DNA of 64,000 bases from Balanoglossus misakiensis (lineage: Eukaryota > Animalia > Hemichordata): the NCBI GenBank assembly GCA_040954595.2, contig CM082584.2, forward strand, positions 124,001-188,000. Reading direction: 5' to 3'. The position numbers were made by a program, and so were the translations under genes. The notes under the pieces are model-generated. The model did not search any database and had not been told where the DNA came from. It saw only the letters and a list, made by a program, of their open reading frames with translations. Below, in pieces: positions 1 to 13,153 of the stretch. The number at the start of each line of letters is the position of its first letter. Positions within the stretch are counted from its first letter, which is position 1.

Positions 1-372
1 TAATGTTATCTCAGCAATATTTACTTTCAAAATCTGTTTGATAAAAACATCATCATTACCATTACTGTAAATACTGAACGGAACTTCACTTCCAAAAACA
101 ACTTGCTCATTCTGGGACGCACTTGTGGGGCTATGAAAATCTCTGTATATGTATCTTGTGTAGGGAAAATTTTCATGAACGATCAACATTTTTTTCTTCA
201 AATAAACATGTTTTCTTTCAGTTGTACATCATTTTTGAGGTGAACGATTCCCAAGGCCCAAGGTGTGATGCTGAAGATGAAAATATAAAGTATGACCAAC
301 AGACAATGTATTGAGACATGATTGTAAATGTTAGTTCCTGCATGACAAAATGTTTGTTTTAATGAGTTTTAC

Positions 373-489
373 ACTGGCTGCAGTGTGTGCCGGTGAAACA
401 TCCTGGACAAGTACACTCATAAGTTGTACACGACAGCCGAGTACACTGCCCATTGTTCAGGCATGGACTTGGCCTACATGGAGTTTGTT
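373..489 (-). CDS. EGF-like exon m (117 nt, phase 1-1): QTPCRPSPCLNNGQCTRLSCTTYECTCPGCFTGTHCSQ
   Basis: AG/GT flanks, open frame, 8 Cys. Copies at 26558-26674 and 43556-43672 (one Cys->Ser in the latter). Confidence 0.85.
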
Positions 490-804
490 CTGTTTCAATG
501 GAATGAAAATAAATAAATAGTAGTGACATAAGTTTTTAGGTTATGACCATTTCCTTAATTCCTACAGCTGTGGTTCTATCGGGTTCTCCTATAACTAAGC
601 CTCCTTAATGTATAACTGAACAATAAGAATTACTTATTATACTTTTGGGAGTTTAGGACTTAGTAATTGCAAAAAAGACTCAATTCCTGAAAGTGCCTAT
701 TTGGTTTGTCACATCCTAAATATACAGGTAATTTCATAGCTGCCAGCTATGACAAATATACCGGTATGAGGGGGGAAAAACAGTTCCTCGTCTGATAAAT
801 TTAC

Positions 805-927
805 CTTGGTCACAGGTGATTCCAATGATACAGCCTTGACAGCGACAGGTAAACGCACTGCACGATCCACTGATTGGCTCACAGATACCGTTGTTCATGC
901 ACGGATTGGGAGAACATTGATCGAGTC
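805..927 (-). CDS. EGF-like exon l (123 nt): LDQCSPNPCMNNGICEPISGSCSAFTCRCQGCIIGITCDQ
   Basis: Lies inside ORF 734..973; cag/gtaaat boundaries. Copy at 26990-27112; deleted in the third copy. Confidence 0.88.
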
Positions 928-1414
928 CTGGGGGTTGCATGTAAATCAACCAACAATTGCACATTAACATCACAAGTCATTTCACTATTTTTTCATTCCA
1001 AACTTAAAAGATTGCTTGTAACTTGCTGAACAAATATTCATATGGACAGACTATTCTAGCTTGGAACAGGCAAAATCAAGGGTGCCCTGACGCCCAACTT
1101 TTAAGAGCAGTTCATTTACTGAAACTGCCAGCACCCAATATTATCCCACATGTAATCAATATGTGGAAATCAAATACATCTGTAACAGTTTTAATTTACC
1201 ATGTGGGTATTTGCATGGAGGGCCATGGTATTTGTTACCTACTGATAAAATACCTTTCAAAACAATATCCTCATTTCTTCAGAAGTTTGGCAACAAGACC
1301 AATAAAGTTTCACATCAAAATTTACAATGTATAAATAAGCTTAAAAGATCTACGGAATGAAGATGGCTTGTTTGTTTGCAGGGTGTCTTGAAAGTATATA
1401 CTCACTTGTTTGAC

Positions 1415-2300
1415 CATGGACCCTAGAGAAAGAAGGACGCGCAACTCCAGTTTTTTCTTGAAATGATGTTCTTTTGCATACATTATTTCCAGATAAATCC
1501 CAATAATCCAATTTGCAAATAAACTGTGTATAAACTAACGCAAAGTCTCGTGTTTTGTGTGAAGTTATCACAACACCTCAGAACATCTCGCAGAAGACGA
1601 GAAAACTGCAACGTGGTTGAACGCAGCGATTATTTATGGAACACATCTGGACAAGTTAAACAGGAATTTGAATCTGAGTCTGACAGCGTCCAAAACAAGC
1701 ATCTTTTGTCTAACAGTCCGGGTATTTCACAAGGCTGTGAGCTAACCGTACCGAGGGTTGCCTGGCGGCCATAGCGCACACATGATAATCCACCCAGTTT
1801 GTTTACAAATTGTTTTCGTGAAATCTGTTTTATTGTTCACGCACTGCGAAATAAAATGCCCCTAAACCACAATTTTTATTTCAATGCTTCACGCAAACAT
1901 AACATTATTACGAAAAGTGTCAGCGTTACTAAGAAATATGAGTGCCCAGTCGGACATGCAAAAAACATGGATGATTTGTTTACAATTTTTAAATGAAGCT
2001 TGTGGCACTAGAAATGACCGTTCAACCGACAGACGAACACCAAACCATAATAATTAGCACAGACATCGTAATACTTTTAGAATTTTAGAAAAAAACGCAG
2101 TGGCTGCTGAAATGCAATAGTGCCAGTTTGGTGGCAAGTTTTCGTATCACTGGTGGGGTCGACACGTGCCGAAGTAAGGAAGTCATTGTCCGACTGTCCT
2201 GGGTGTTAATTATATACAACAAAAACATCATCATACAGATAATCCCCAAACCCTTTGATCTTTGCCGCAGTTGCTCGCCCTTCTTTCTCTAGGGTCTATG
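1415..2300. mobile_element. Non-autonomous TIR element (P-like, 7-bp TSD) inserted in EGF exon k
   Basis: TIRs catggaccctagagaaagaagg / ccttctttctctagggtctatg; TSD gtttgac at 1408-1414 and 2301-2307. Copy at 27600-28484; only the right end survives at about 43960-44093. The superfamily is inferred from the CAT..ATG ends and TSD length. Confidence 0.8.
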
Positions 2301-2796
2301 GTTTGACAGATGTCACCTGTGTAAGAGTTCACACACTGGCATGAATAGAAATTGCACGATGTTTGCTGTGCCTACAACTTATATTAGGCTGGTATCAAGT
2401 TGTTCACACCTCCATAGATCACATGGCAGTGACTGTGAGGCAAGGGCTTCCTTTCATGAAATCAAAGACCTGTGTACTGGAGGAGGGTTCCTTGCAAATG
2501 CTTGACTTGACTTCAAGCACACCTGTAGACTCATATGTAAATTTACACTATCTGGCCTGGAGTGAGAATTTCCATAGTGGATGTGTGTTGACAAAAGGCA
2601 GTAAAATTGGCCAGTCGCGCATAATGTTTCTTGAACCAAGACAATCAAGACATTATGCGCCACGAAAGTGATTTTGATTGGAAAGAGTGTACTCTTGCAT
2701 TCGATGTCAAGAACTCTCCAAGCTCTGCTGTGGTGATGGCTACACCTAGGCTCAGGAAACATGCAGTATTTGAATGAGACTGCGCTGTATACTTAC

Positions 2797-2919
2797 ATAT
2801 CTCACACCTATCACCTTTGTAGCAACCAGTACATATGCAGGTGAGATCAAAGCAGGAATTTCGAGCCGGTTGACAGAAGCCACCATTCTGGCACGGATTT
2901 GGTTGACACTGGTTGAGTC
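2797..2919 (-). CDS. EGF-like exon j (123 nt): LNQCQPNPCQNGGFCQPARNSCFDLTCICTGCYKGDRCEI
   Basis: Lies inside ORF 2645..2998; cag/gtaagt boundaries. Copies at 29132-29254 and 44757-44879. Confidence 0.9.
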
Positions 2920-3030
2920 CTGCAAGGAAAAGGGTCAAATTTTCCATGATCATCAGGGGTGAGTTTCCTACAAAAATTGTGATGTGACAAACCGACAAAT
3001 TAGCATATTAGCATAATCAGAATAAATAAA

Positions 3031-6000
3031 AATTAAAGCTGCAAGCAGCGTTGGCGGGGCACAAGCGGTTCCCATGGTAACCAGCAAATGCCAAGGCTGT
3101 ATCTGCTGTGGATACCAAGATATTGGAAAGTAGGTCAAAGGTCACATGAGGTCACCCCAAATTTTGGGGGGAAAATCGGACCCCATACTAGTCTAGGTCC
3201 AACAAAAACCAGACCCCTAGCTCTATTGGTTCGCCTAGAATTAGGTATGCGCATAATTAATGAGGTCTTGTGTAAGACTCCATATGTGCTCCATCGGCCT
3301 CCCAAAAGCCAGGACTCTAACTGCTGTGGATGCTGAGATATGGGAAAGTAGATCAAAGGTCATCCAAGGTCACCCAAAATTTGGGCATAAAATTTTGACC
3401 CCAGAGTGGCCCATGTCCAACTAAAACCAGACCTCTAGCCCTATTGGTTAGCCTGGAATTAGATATGCAGAAAAATGATGTTTCAGAAATAGGTCAAGGG
3501 TCATTGCCAAAATTACCGAAATATTTGTGTCATGTCCTGGCAGCATTGGTACCCATGTCCACAAAATTCATGACTGTGGTGCTTTGACAAGAGGAGGTAT
3601 GGGGAATATGCATATATAATTAGTTGTTTTAAAACTGGGTCAAAGGTCATGTAAAAATTGCCCCGAAAAATTGTGACAACTTCCGGTCATATGATGACTC
3701 ATATCCAAAAAAAGAATTTACGTGCTGTCAACATTTTGGCTACAAAACAGAATTTTCAGTTTTCAATGGTTTCCCGAAAATCCAACATGGCCGCCATAAT
3801 GATCGACCAATCACAGTGCGCTTCGCAAACTTGATAGACATAGGTTAGTTGACCACATACCCCGAATCCCGTGACTCGGCAATCGCTGGTTCTGGAGAAG
3901 AAGATTTTTAAAGTTTTAAGTAGTTTTTAAGAAAAAAAATTGTAGCAAAAAAACTGTATCTATGACGTCATGATTTTAATGGGGTAAAATGATGGACAGA
4001 AGGTAGGCTACCTGCACACCAAATTTGAACTCGATCGGCCCAGTAGTTTTTGAGAAGGACTCGTTTAACGATTTTCAGGAAATCCAATATGGCCGCCAGG
4101 TCACGTGACTAATTAAATATTCACGGTCCACTGCACGTCTACTCATTGGCCCCTATCACCCTACCAAGTTTCCGCCCCCTAGGTGCAGCGGTTTTCCAGA
4201 TCTACCTGGCCGAATTTCTCGGAAGAAGAAGAAGAAGAAGAATAATAATTAAAGCTGCAAGCAGCATTGTCCGGGCCCAAGCTCTATTATCTGATCTGAT
4301 TATTAGATATGCACATAATTAATGTGTAGAAACATAATGCTGTGTTTTATCCCAAGAAATATCAAGGTTATATCTATGTTTGGTGCTGATATAGTGTTAA
4401 GTAGGGCAAAGGTCACCCAGGGGTCACCCACAATTTGGGGAGAATATTTTGACCCATAGTGGTCCATGTCCAACAAAAACCAGACCTCTAGCCCTTTTGG
4501 TTAGCCCGGAATTAGGTATGCAAATAAATAATGAGTTAAGCAGGTGTCACAGGTGACCCAAAACTTTGGCTTTTCATTATGGCCCCATATCTCCAAATGC
4601 CAAGGCTGTACCTGCTTTGGATGCCGAGATATGCAAAAGTAGGTCAAAGGTCATCTGAGGTCACCCAAAATTTGGGCAGAAATGTTTTACCCATAGTGGT
4701 CCATGTCCAATAAAAACCAGACCTCTAGCTCTATTGGTTCGCCTGTAATTAGTTATGCACATAATTAATGAGGTCAGCAGAGGTCACAGGTGACCCAAAA
4801 CTTTGGCTTTTCATAATGGCCCCATATCTCCGAATGCCAAGGCTGTACCTGCTTTGGATGCCGAGATATTCAAAAGTAGGTCAAAGGTCACCGGAGGTCA
4901 CCCAACATTTGGGCAAAATATTTTGACCCCATACTGATCCATGTCCAAAAAAACTCAAACCTTCAGGTCTATTGGTTAATCTGTAATTAGGTATGCGCAT
5001 ATTTAATGAGGTCAGCAGAGGTCAAAGTGGTCATGAAAAGTAGCGAAATTATTTGATCACATTCAAATCCACATACATCAAAAACCAAACTTATAGCCCT
5101 ATTGGTTAGCCTGGAATTAGATATGCAGAAAAATGATGCGTCAAAAGTAGGTCAAAGGTCATTGCCAAAATTACCAAAATATTTATAGCTTATTCTTGTC
5201 ATATGATGATTCATATCCATAAAAAGAATTTCTGTGCTATCAATTATTAGGCTAGAAAGGGAATTTTTACTTTTTAATCGTTTTTCACAAAATCCAATAT
5301 GGCCGCCATAATCTTTGACCAATCACATTCATCTTCGCAAACTTGATAGACATCTGTTTAATGACCACACACACCAAATCTTGTGACTCGGTTATGGCCG
5401 GTTCTTGAGTAGAAGATTTTTCAAATTTTACTAGGGTTTTTCGAAAATCCAATATGGCCGCCATAATCTTCGACCAATCACAATGATCTTCGCAAACTTG
5501 ATAGACATCAGTTAGGTGACCACATACCCCAAACCCTGTGTCTCGGTTATCACCGGTTCTGGAGAAGAAGATTTTTGAAATTTAGGCCAGATTTCAGAAA
5601 AAAAATTGTAGCAAAAAAACTGCAACTTTGTCAGCATAATTTCCAATTACAAAAATGATGGGCAGAAGGTAGTCTACGAGCATGCCAAATTTGAAGTCGA
5701 TCTGACTTGTAGTTTCTGAGATCTGAGATTTGCATTTTTTCAGAAAATCCAAGATGGCCGCCATGTCACGTGACTAATTAAGTATTCACAAGTCACTGCA
5801 CATCTACTCATTGACCTTGACCACTGTAGCAAGTTTGAGAACTGTACCTGCAGCAGTGTTTGAGATCTAGAGCGATAAAGAATGGAACCAAGAATAAAGA
5901 AAGAAAGAAAGAAAGACAGAATTAAAGCTGCAAGCAGCATTGTCGGGCCCAAGCGCTGATCTTGAATTATATATGCACAGTATGAATGAGAAGAAACAGA

Positions 6001-8938
6001 ATTTTCTATCGCATGTATTATCTCATGACATAACAAGGACTTATGTATTTTTGCTGCTGAAATAGAGTAAAGTAGGTCAAAGGTCACCTGAGGTCACCCA
6101 ACATTTGGGCAAAAAATTTGACCCTTGCTGGGCCATGTCCAACAAAAACCAAAACTCTAGCTCTATTGGTTCGCGTGTAATTAGGTATGTGCATATTTAA
6201 TGAGGTCAGCAGGTGTCACAGGTGACCCAAAAATTTGGCTTTACATTTAGGTCCCATCCTGCCAAATGCCAAGGCTGTATCTGCTCTGGATGTTGAGATA
6301 TGTGAAAGTAGGTCAAAAGTCACCAGAGGTCACCCAACATTTGGGCAAAAAATTTTGAACCCATACTGGTCCATGTTCAACAAAAACCAAAGCTCTAGCT
6401 CTATTGGTTCGCCTGTAATTAGCTATGCACATAATTAATGAGGTAAGCAGAGGTCAAAGGTGTCATGGAAAGTAGCAAAATATTTTGATCACACACTAAT
6501 CCACAAGCATCAAAAACCAAACGTCTAGCCCTGTAGGTTAGCCTGGAATTAGATATGCAGAAATAATAACGCGTGATAAGTATGTCAAAGGTCATGTGAA
6601 AAATCGCCAAAAAATTGTAACATATCTTAGTCACCTGACGATTGATATCCATAAAAAGAATTTGTATGCTATCAATTTTTACACTAGAAAAAGGAATTTC
6701 AATTTTTCGATGCTTTTTACAAATTCCAATATGGCCGCCATAATCTTCGACCAATCACAATGCTCTTTGCAAACTTGATAGACATCAGTGTAGTGACCAT
6801 ACTCCCCGAATCTTGTGACTCGATTATCGCCCGTTCTGGAGAAGAAGATTTTTGGAGTTTTACTATAGTTTTTCGAAAATCCAATATGGCCGCCATAATC
6901 TTTGACCAATCACAATGATCTTCGCAAACTTGATAGACCTCAGTTAGGTGACCACATACCCCAAACCGCGTGACTCGGTTATCGCCGGTTCTGGAGAAGA
7001 AGATTTTTGAAATCTTGACCAGATTTCAGAAAAACAACTGTAGCAAAAAAACTGCAACATTGACAGCAAAATATCCAATTACAAAAATGATGGGCAGAAG
7101 GTACACTACCAGCACGCCAAATCTGAAGTAAATCTGACTTGTAGTTTCTGAGATCTGAGATTTGCATTTTTTCAGAAAATCCAATATGGCCGCCATGTCA
7201 CGTGACAAATTAAAAATTCATGGGTTCAATGCACGACTACTCATTGACCTTGACCACTGTAGCAAGTTTGAGAACTGAACCTGCAGCGGTGTCTGAGATC
7301 TAGAGCGATAAAAAATGGACAGGAGAATAAAGAAAGAAAGAAAGAAAGAATTAAAGCTGCAAGCAGCATTGTCCGGGCCCAAGCTCTATTATCTGATCTG
7401 ATTATTAGATATGCACATAATTAATGAGTAGAAACATAATGTTGTGTTTTATCCCATGAAATATCAAGATTATATCTATGTTTATTGCTGATATAGTGTT
7501 AAGTAGGTCAAAGGTCACCCAGAGGTCACCCACAATTTGGGCAGAAAATTTTGACCCATAGTGGTCCATGTCCAACAAAAACCAGACCTCTAGCTTTTTT
7601 GGTTAGCCCGGAATTAGGTATGCACATAAATAATGAGTTAAGCAGGTGTCACAGGTGACCCAAAACTTTGGCTTTTCATTATGGCCCAATACCTCCAAAC
7701 GCCAAGGCTGTATCTGCTGTGGATGCTGAGATTTGCGAAAGTAGGTCAAAGGTCACCAGAGGTCACCCAACATTTGGGTAAAAACATTTGACCCCATACT
7801 GGTCCTGCCCAACAAAAACAAAACCTCTAGGTCTATTGGTTCGCCTGTAATTAGCTATGCACATAATTAATGAGGTCAGCAGGGGTCAAAGGGGTCGTGA
7901 AAAGTAGCAAAATATTTTGATCACATACTAATCCACATACATCAAAAACCAAACTTATAGCCCTATTGGTTAGCCTGGAATAAGATATGCAGAAAAATGA
8001 AGCGTCAAAAGTAGGTCAAAGGTCATTGCCAAAATTACCAAAATATTTATAGCACATTGTAGTCATATGATGATTCATATCCATAAAAAGAATTTCTGTG
8101 CTATCAATTTTTGGGCTAGAAAGGGAATTTTTACTTTTTAATCGTTTTTCACAAAATCCAATATGGCCGCCATAATCTTCGACCAATCACATTCCTCTTC
8201 GCAAACTTGATAGACATATGTTGAATGACCACACACACAAAATCTTGTGATTCGGTTATCGCCGGTTCTCGAGAAGAAGATTTTTGAAATTTTACTAGGG
8301 TTTTTCGAAAATCCAATATGGCCGCCATAATCTTCGACCAATCACAATGATCTTCGCAAACTTGATAGACATCAGTTAGGTGACCACCTACCCCACACCC
8401 CGTGTCTCGGTTATCACCGGTTCTGGAGAAGAAGATTTTTGAAATTTCAGCCAGATTTCAGAAAAAAAATTGAAGCAAAAAAACTGCAACATTGACAGCA
8501 TAATTTCCAATTACAAAAATGTTTGACAGAAGGTAGTCTACCTGCACGCCAAATTTGAAGTCGATCTGACTTGTAGTTTCTGAGATCTGAGATTTGCATT
8601 TTTTCAGAAAATCCAAGATGGCCGCCAGGTCATGTGACTAATTAAAAATTCATGGGTTCAATGCACGACTACTCATTGACCTTGACCACTGTAGCAAGTT
8701 TGAGAACTGTACCTGCAGTGGTGTCTGAGATCTAGAGCGACAAAGAAATGACAGAAGAATAAAGAAAGAAAGAAAAACCCCAACGAAACCAATAGGGCCC
8801 AAGCGCTGGTATGCGCTTGGGCCCTAAAAACCCCAGCGAAACCAATACGGGCCCAAGCCTGGCTTGGCTTGGGCCCGTAATAAAGAAAAATTCTAACAAT
8901 ACCAATAGGGGCACAAGCCCGATAGGCTTGTGCCCCTA
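3031..8938 (-). mobile_element. Nested stack of non-autonomous Helentron/DINE-1-like elements
   Basis: Absent from sister copies (empty A-run at 29363-29370 and about 45035). On the minus strand: three stacked 5' subTIR hairpins (8793-8826, 8846-8879, 8906-8938), TTC/TTTC microsatellites, and four 3' ends (subTIR, GCTGC-TT-GCAGC stem-loop, TTTAATT) at 3031, 4247, 5920 and 7349. Internal tandem subrepeats; no clear TSD. Confidence 0.8.
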
Positions 8939-9252
8939 AAAATGCACAGGTAGTTTAAAAGAACAAAAACTTTCGAAACGGAATAGAGCTAAGCTGCTAT
9001 CCCTTTCTATTTTTGTGTTTGTACAACATCAGTGAAGTTTAAATCATAATAAAAAAATGATAATTATCATTATTAACTGCTACAGATTCAAACTTACTTG
9101 TCTCACAACTGGTTCCCTAGTAACACTCTGTGCACATGCAAATTGTGGCAGTACAAGAATTTACCTGTTGTTGGCAGGTACCTCCATTGAGACAAGGACT
9201 TCATAAGTTGTCTGAAAACACCAGTTTGCCCAATTTTCAATAATGTATAGGA

Positions 9253-9922
9253 ATACATGAGAAGTCGGCCAGATTAGAAGTCGGCCAGTTCGCGCGCATG
9301 AGAAGTCGGCCAGTATGAGAAGTCGGCCAGTTGTTGAACTTGTACCCGAATAGTGCAGTAATGACCTAGATTACTTATAACAACACTTAATAAAATATAA
9401 TTGCACTAAATATTTTCATTTGGACGGATTTCCCAAATTCTTGACAACACAATGGCGTCATTTCAAATAATGGCGTCTGGCATCCGTACCAGTTCCCCAG
9501 CCCCGTATCCGCGTAAGGAGCTTAGGTTGTTCGCCAAATTCCTGTGACATTTCTGATTAAAGGGAGTTGTTTCAAAGCCTACTAAAATACATAGAAGATG
9601 TATGTGTATATTCATACTTTCTGAGACAACACCAAACAAACAAACAAACAAACGTGACAAGGAACAGACTACTGGCGCAGCTCAAGAAGTGCAGGTGACT
9701 GATGTTGACGTACCCCGGTGACGTACATGAAAAGTGAACAGACAGTTTTAAAATTCATCGGCTATTTGTACAAATATCTCAGCTCCTGTACATCAAGGAA
9801 ACATTTCGTAGTGAAACAGTTATATATAACACAAAGTACCAGGGTTCTCTCCCACAGGCCGACTTCTCGTACTGGCCGAGACCGACTTCTCATACTGGTT
9901 GACTTCTCAGGACACCATGTAT
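9253..9922. mobile_element. Non-autonomous TIR element with reiterated GAGAAGTCGGCCAG subterminal motifs
   Basis: Four direct motif copies at 9259-9330 and inverted copies at about 9857-9909; outer atacat/atgtat ends. Copies at about 29681-30350 and 47375-48384. Confidence 0.7.
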
Positions 9923-10027
9923 AGCTAGCTGTTGAACTCAAAAAATATGTAAAACTACAAGTGATGTAAACAACTTGTGGAACCATGTTCAAATCGAGAC
10001 AAGAAGAAAAGGGGTTTCAAGACTTAC

Positions 10028-10124
10028 CTCCTTCAGCACTTTACTGCCCTGTAGCGCACTGTGTGACACTTGTAGTTGTGCATTCATAACCAGAAGGACG
10101 TGGCCGAACCTAGCGAGTATGAAC
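10028..10124 (-). pseudogene. Cys-rich repeat exon X5, frameshifted with stop (SYSLGSATS/SGYECTTTSVTQCATGQ*SAEG)
   Basis: tag/gtaagt boundaries; 97 nt is not a multiple of 3. Copies at 30456-30552 and 48491-48587. Confidence 0.65.
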
Positions 10125-10360
10125 CTATCACAGAAAAAATTCAAAGAACGATTTTTACCACCATGGTTTGGTCCAACGATCCCTTATTAGAGAGATGTCC
10201 GTAATCACAGGTTTTACTGTACAATACCTCTTCAGTGGAATCATTGTGTTTTTCAAAGTGCATCACAATATCAACTCCAATAAGCATAACAGTTTAATTT
10301 TCTGTGTATGCCATGCTATAACACAGGGAAGTCACAAGAGTGATTTGCAGCCCAACTTAC

Positions 10361-10558
10361 CAGTAACTGTTGAACAATCCACTACGGGTGACATGGTTGG
10401 ACACTTGGATCCCGCTGGACAAGGCGTGCATGTGCCGTCGCCTTCCATAGCATATTCACCATTGCCACAGTCGAGCGGATCTTACATTGGATCTGAACAC
10501 GATTGTCCAGCAGGGCACAGAAGACAGGATGTGCGTGCAGGCTCCTCACTTATTTCAT
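10361..10558 (-). pseudogene. Cys-rich repeat exon X4: EISEEPARTSCLLCPAGQSCSDPM*DPLDCGNGEYAMEGDGTCTPCPAGSKCPTMSPVVDCSTVT
   Basis: 198 nt with AG/GT boundaries; CxxCPAG motifs resemble ephrin-receptor-like/GCC2-GCC3 repeats. The in-frame TAA is present in all copies (30789-30986, 48813-49010). Confidence 0.8.
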
Positions 10559-10938
10559 CTGATTAAAGAAAATGAGGTTTTTAGTGATGTATTTGTGATA
10601 CAGTGTCATTTAAAATAACAAATTACTTGAGATGATTCACTTCATAATTCTGAGACAAGTATACAGGCATGTTAAAAAATTCTTTGGAGGACATTAAACG
10701 TCATTTCTAATCAACCATGTTCTGAATATCATAAGACTCTGCGAGATCTCACATGGCTAACCGGGTCTCGCAAGATCTCGCACTGAGTTGATAATCTGTT
10801 GTAAACACATACATACATACACACACACACATACCCCCAGTCGCACTGACTTGAAAATCTGTTGTAAACACATACATGCATACACACATACCCCTCAGTT
10901 TCATCACACAGCAAACTGAACAAGTACCACAATCTTAC

Positions 10939-11072
10939 CATTTGTACATCTGGTACAGTTTGTTGCACCAGCCAATGACACGTAACCCTTGGTACACTTG
11001 AATTGCGATGCACTGGGATCTATGCAGGCGTACCCTTGCTCACAAATAGTACAATGTTCAGCACCAGCTGAT
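10939..11072 (-). CDS. Cys-rich repeat exon X3: SAGAEHCTICEQGYACIDPSASQFKCTKGYVSLAGATNCTRCTN
   Basis: 134 nt, phase 2-1, open frame, cag/gtaaga boundaries. Copies at 31365-31498 and 49396-49529. Confidence 0.78.
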
Positions 11073-11326
11073 CTGTAAATCAAACAGAGAATTTACACAC
11101 CAAGTTAACCTTTGAATACCACTGTAAAAATTTGGTGCAAATTTTAATTATTTTCATAAATAGAGGTCTATTCAAATTTGGAAAAATTGTCATTTTTTCA
11201 TTCATATATTATATCAGTAAATTTTAAATACAGAAATAGAAAATGATCCCATCCTATTTTTCAGTTAGTAAATTACCTGACCTAATGTTTGATGTTGGAA
11301 ATAAAGGTGGGTGGGTAGAAGTTTAC

Positions 11327-11457
11327 CTGTTATGCAAGAGGTACAGCGAGACATCCTTTGTCCAAGGCCGAACTGTAATAACCAGCCGAGCATAAAATCA
11401 CAGTGTTACCATTTGGACATTGGTTACCAGCTGGGCAATCAGCACATGATGTTTGTG
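11327..11457 (-). pseudogene. Cys-rich repeat exon X2 (QTSCADCPAGNQCPNGNTVILCSAGYYS..., frameshifted)
   Basis: cag/gtaaac boundaries, 131 nt. Copies at 31753-31883 and about 50482-50609 (donor deleted). Confidence 0.72.
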
Positions 11458-11882
11458 CTGAAAATAAACAGAGATTTATAGAATCTGATAGTCACAGTCA
11501 TACCTTCAAAGACGTGGGATTCTCACGCGGGTTGGGGAGACAAAAATCCCTGGCAAAAGATTGAGGACAGGAAAATGCCAATCCAGAGATATTGGTAACA
11601 GAAACTGTGTACAGTCAATGCCATACGGCAGTGTGCTGTTCTAACAACAGACAAGATCGTGACGATCATAGTCTGTGTCGGAGATTTGGAAAAGAGCAAA
11701 TTTGGTGAAAAGACGGGACAAAACAAAAGTCTACTTATACGATGCACATGAAAACTGGATGAAAGCGAAGCAGTCCACTATTTGAATGCATTGGATGTAA
11801 AATTGGCAGAATATTTGGACTGGACGTAATGTTTGTACGCACAGAATTACGTACATGCACATAAGATGATCGTCCGCCTTAA

Positions 11883-12388
11883 AGGCACGTAAGCTGCAAC
11901 TGGATAAAAAAATTAAAGTTTTAAATAATCTCATATATGCTTTTAATTATGTCTATTAAATGATATTTCATGATAATATATCAAGCTCAACACTTATTTA
12001 TGACACAATGGCCAAAAATTAAAGAAAAAACGAAAATTCCTGCAATTTAAAAAAAAGTGCAATATTGCAATGAAAAATGGAAATCTGATGTCTCAGTGGT
12101 GTACATTTACTTCCATGAGCTCAAGTGGATGAGATCATGTTTTGTTTATGAAGTTTCACAACCGGAAATGCAACATTTTCATTGTTTCTTGCATTTTCCC
12201 AGGGTGGCGGCCATAATCGCTTGCGGCAAAGCTTTATTATTTATCTGGTTAAAACTTGCATATGCACTCATATTTAGGGTTTATAATGCTTGTGTATAGT
12301 TCACTGCCTTCATCTGCATGGACTAATGGTAGTGCAGTTTTAAACAAATATTATGAAAATTATCCCAAAAGTTACAGCTTACGTGCCT
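11883..12388. mobile_element. TTAA-TSD MITE (Kolobok-like)
   Basis: TTAA|aggcacgtaagctg ... cagcttacgtgcct|TTAA. Copy at 32309-32876; empty single TTAA at 51031-51034. Confidence 0.88.
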
Positions 12389-12437
12389 TTAAGTGAAAGA
12401 TTACACAGTAATGCCCAAACTTTAAGTGCTGACTCAC

Positions 12438-12670
12438 CATCTATATTAGTGTAGTATCCATCTTCACACACCTCTGGCTCCGACATACCATCATATTGGC
12501 ACTTATACCCGGGGCAGGACAAGGCGTACAGTCTATACTTCCATTGTTGGCAAAATATCCCAGTCCGCATTGTGTTGGTGATGAGAGGCTGGCTGTTCCA
12601 CACATGAAACCCCTAGACACAGCGTGCATGCTTCAGAACATGCTGAACTTTAACTTCCAGCTGCGCAGTC
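12438..12670 (-). pseudogene. Cys-rich repeat exon X1 (DCAAGS*SSACSEACTLC../GFMCGTASLSSPTQCGLGYFANNGSIDCTPCP../GYKCQYDGMSEPEVCEDGYYTNID)
   Basis: cag/gtgagt boundaries; frameshifted. TAA here and at 32926-33158, but TAC (Tyr) at 51080-51312. Confidence 0.75.
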
Positions 12671-12736
12671 CTGTAGGAGTGAAGACGTCAAATATTAAGG
12701 AGGTTTAGGAGCCCTCTAGCCAGCAAACTTCATCAA

Positions 12737-13153
12737 GGATGTACGTGCAGAACATAAACCGGAAACACTGCGTGTCCGGTCTTTTTCCCATAGGATTACA
12801 TTGATAATCGCCAGAAAACAAACTTCTACTATTGTCATTTTCTCGAAATTTTACACATAGCTCAGTCCAGCAAATATAAATTCATTGGTCAAATAAAATA
12901 TAGGGGTCACCGCGCTCTTTTTTGAGATAAATTGCATTAAGAATTTTGGCCATAGACAAACAAACCATTGGTGAAAAATGCTGAGTCAGCAGATTTCTTC
13001 TATTATCGACCAATTTCATGGCTCTGTATTTCAAAAACAAGCGCGGTGACCCCTATATTTTATTACGGATTTTCATTATACATACAAAAGAGAATAAAAA
13101 AATCCACAATTAAAAAAAATGACAATACTTTCCATTTTATTGAACGTACATCC
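12737..13153. mobile_element. TTAA-type MITE (Kolobok-like), shared by all copies
   Basis: tcaa|ggatgtacgt ... acgtacatcc|ttaa. Copies at about 33225-33635 and 51379-51790. Confidence 0.65.

Noticed and set aside
3088-8914. Short ORFs in the repeat stack (for example MVEDYGGHIG...)
   Set aside because: They are translations of non-coding subrepeats with no Rep or helicase motifs.
9259-9330. Short repeats with spacers resembling a CRISPR array
   Set aside because: The repeats are about 14 bp with 2-12 bp gaps and recur inverted 550 bp away; they are transposon subterminal repeats in eukaryotic DNA with no cas genes.
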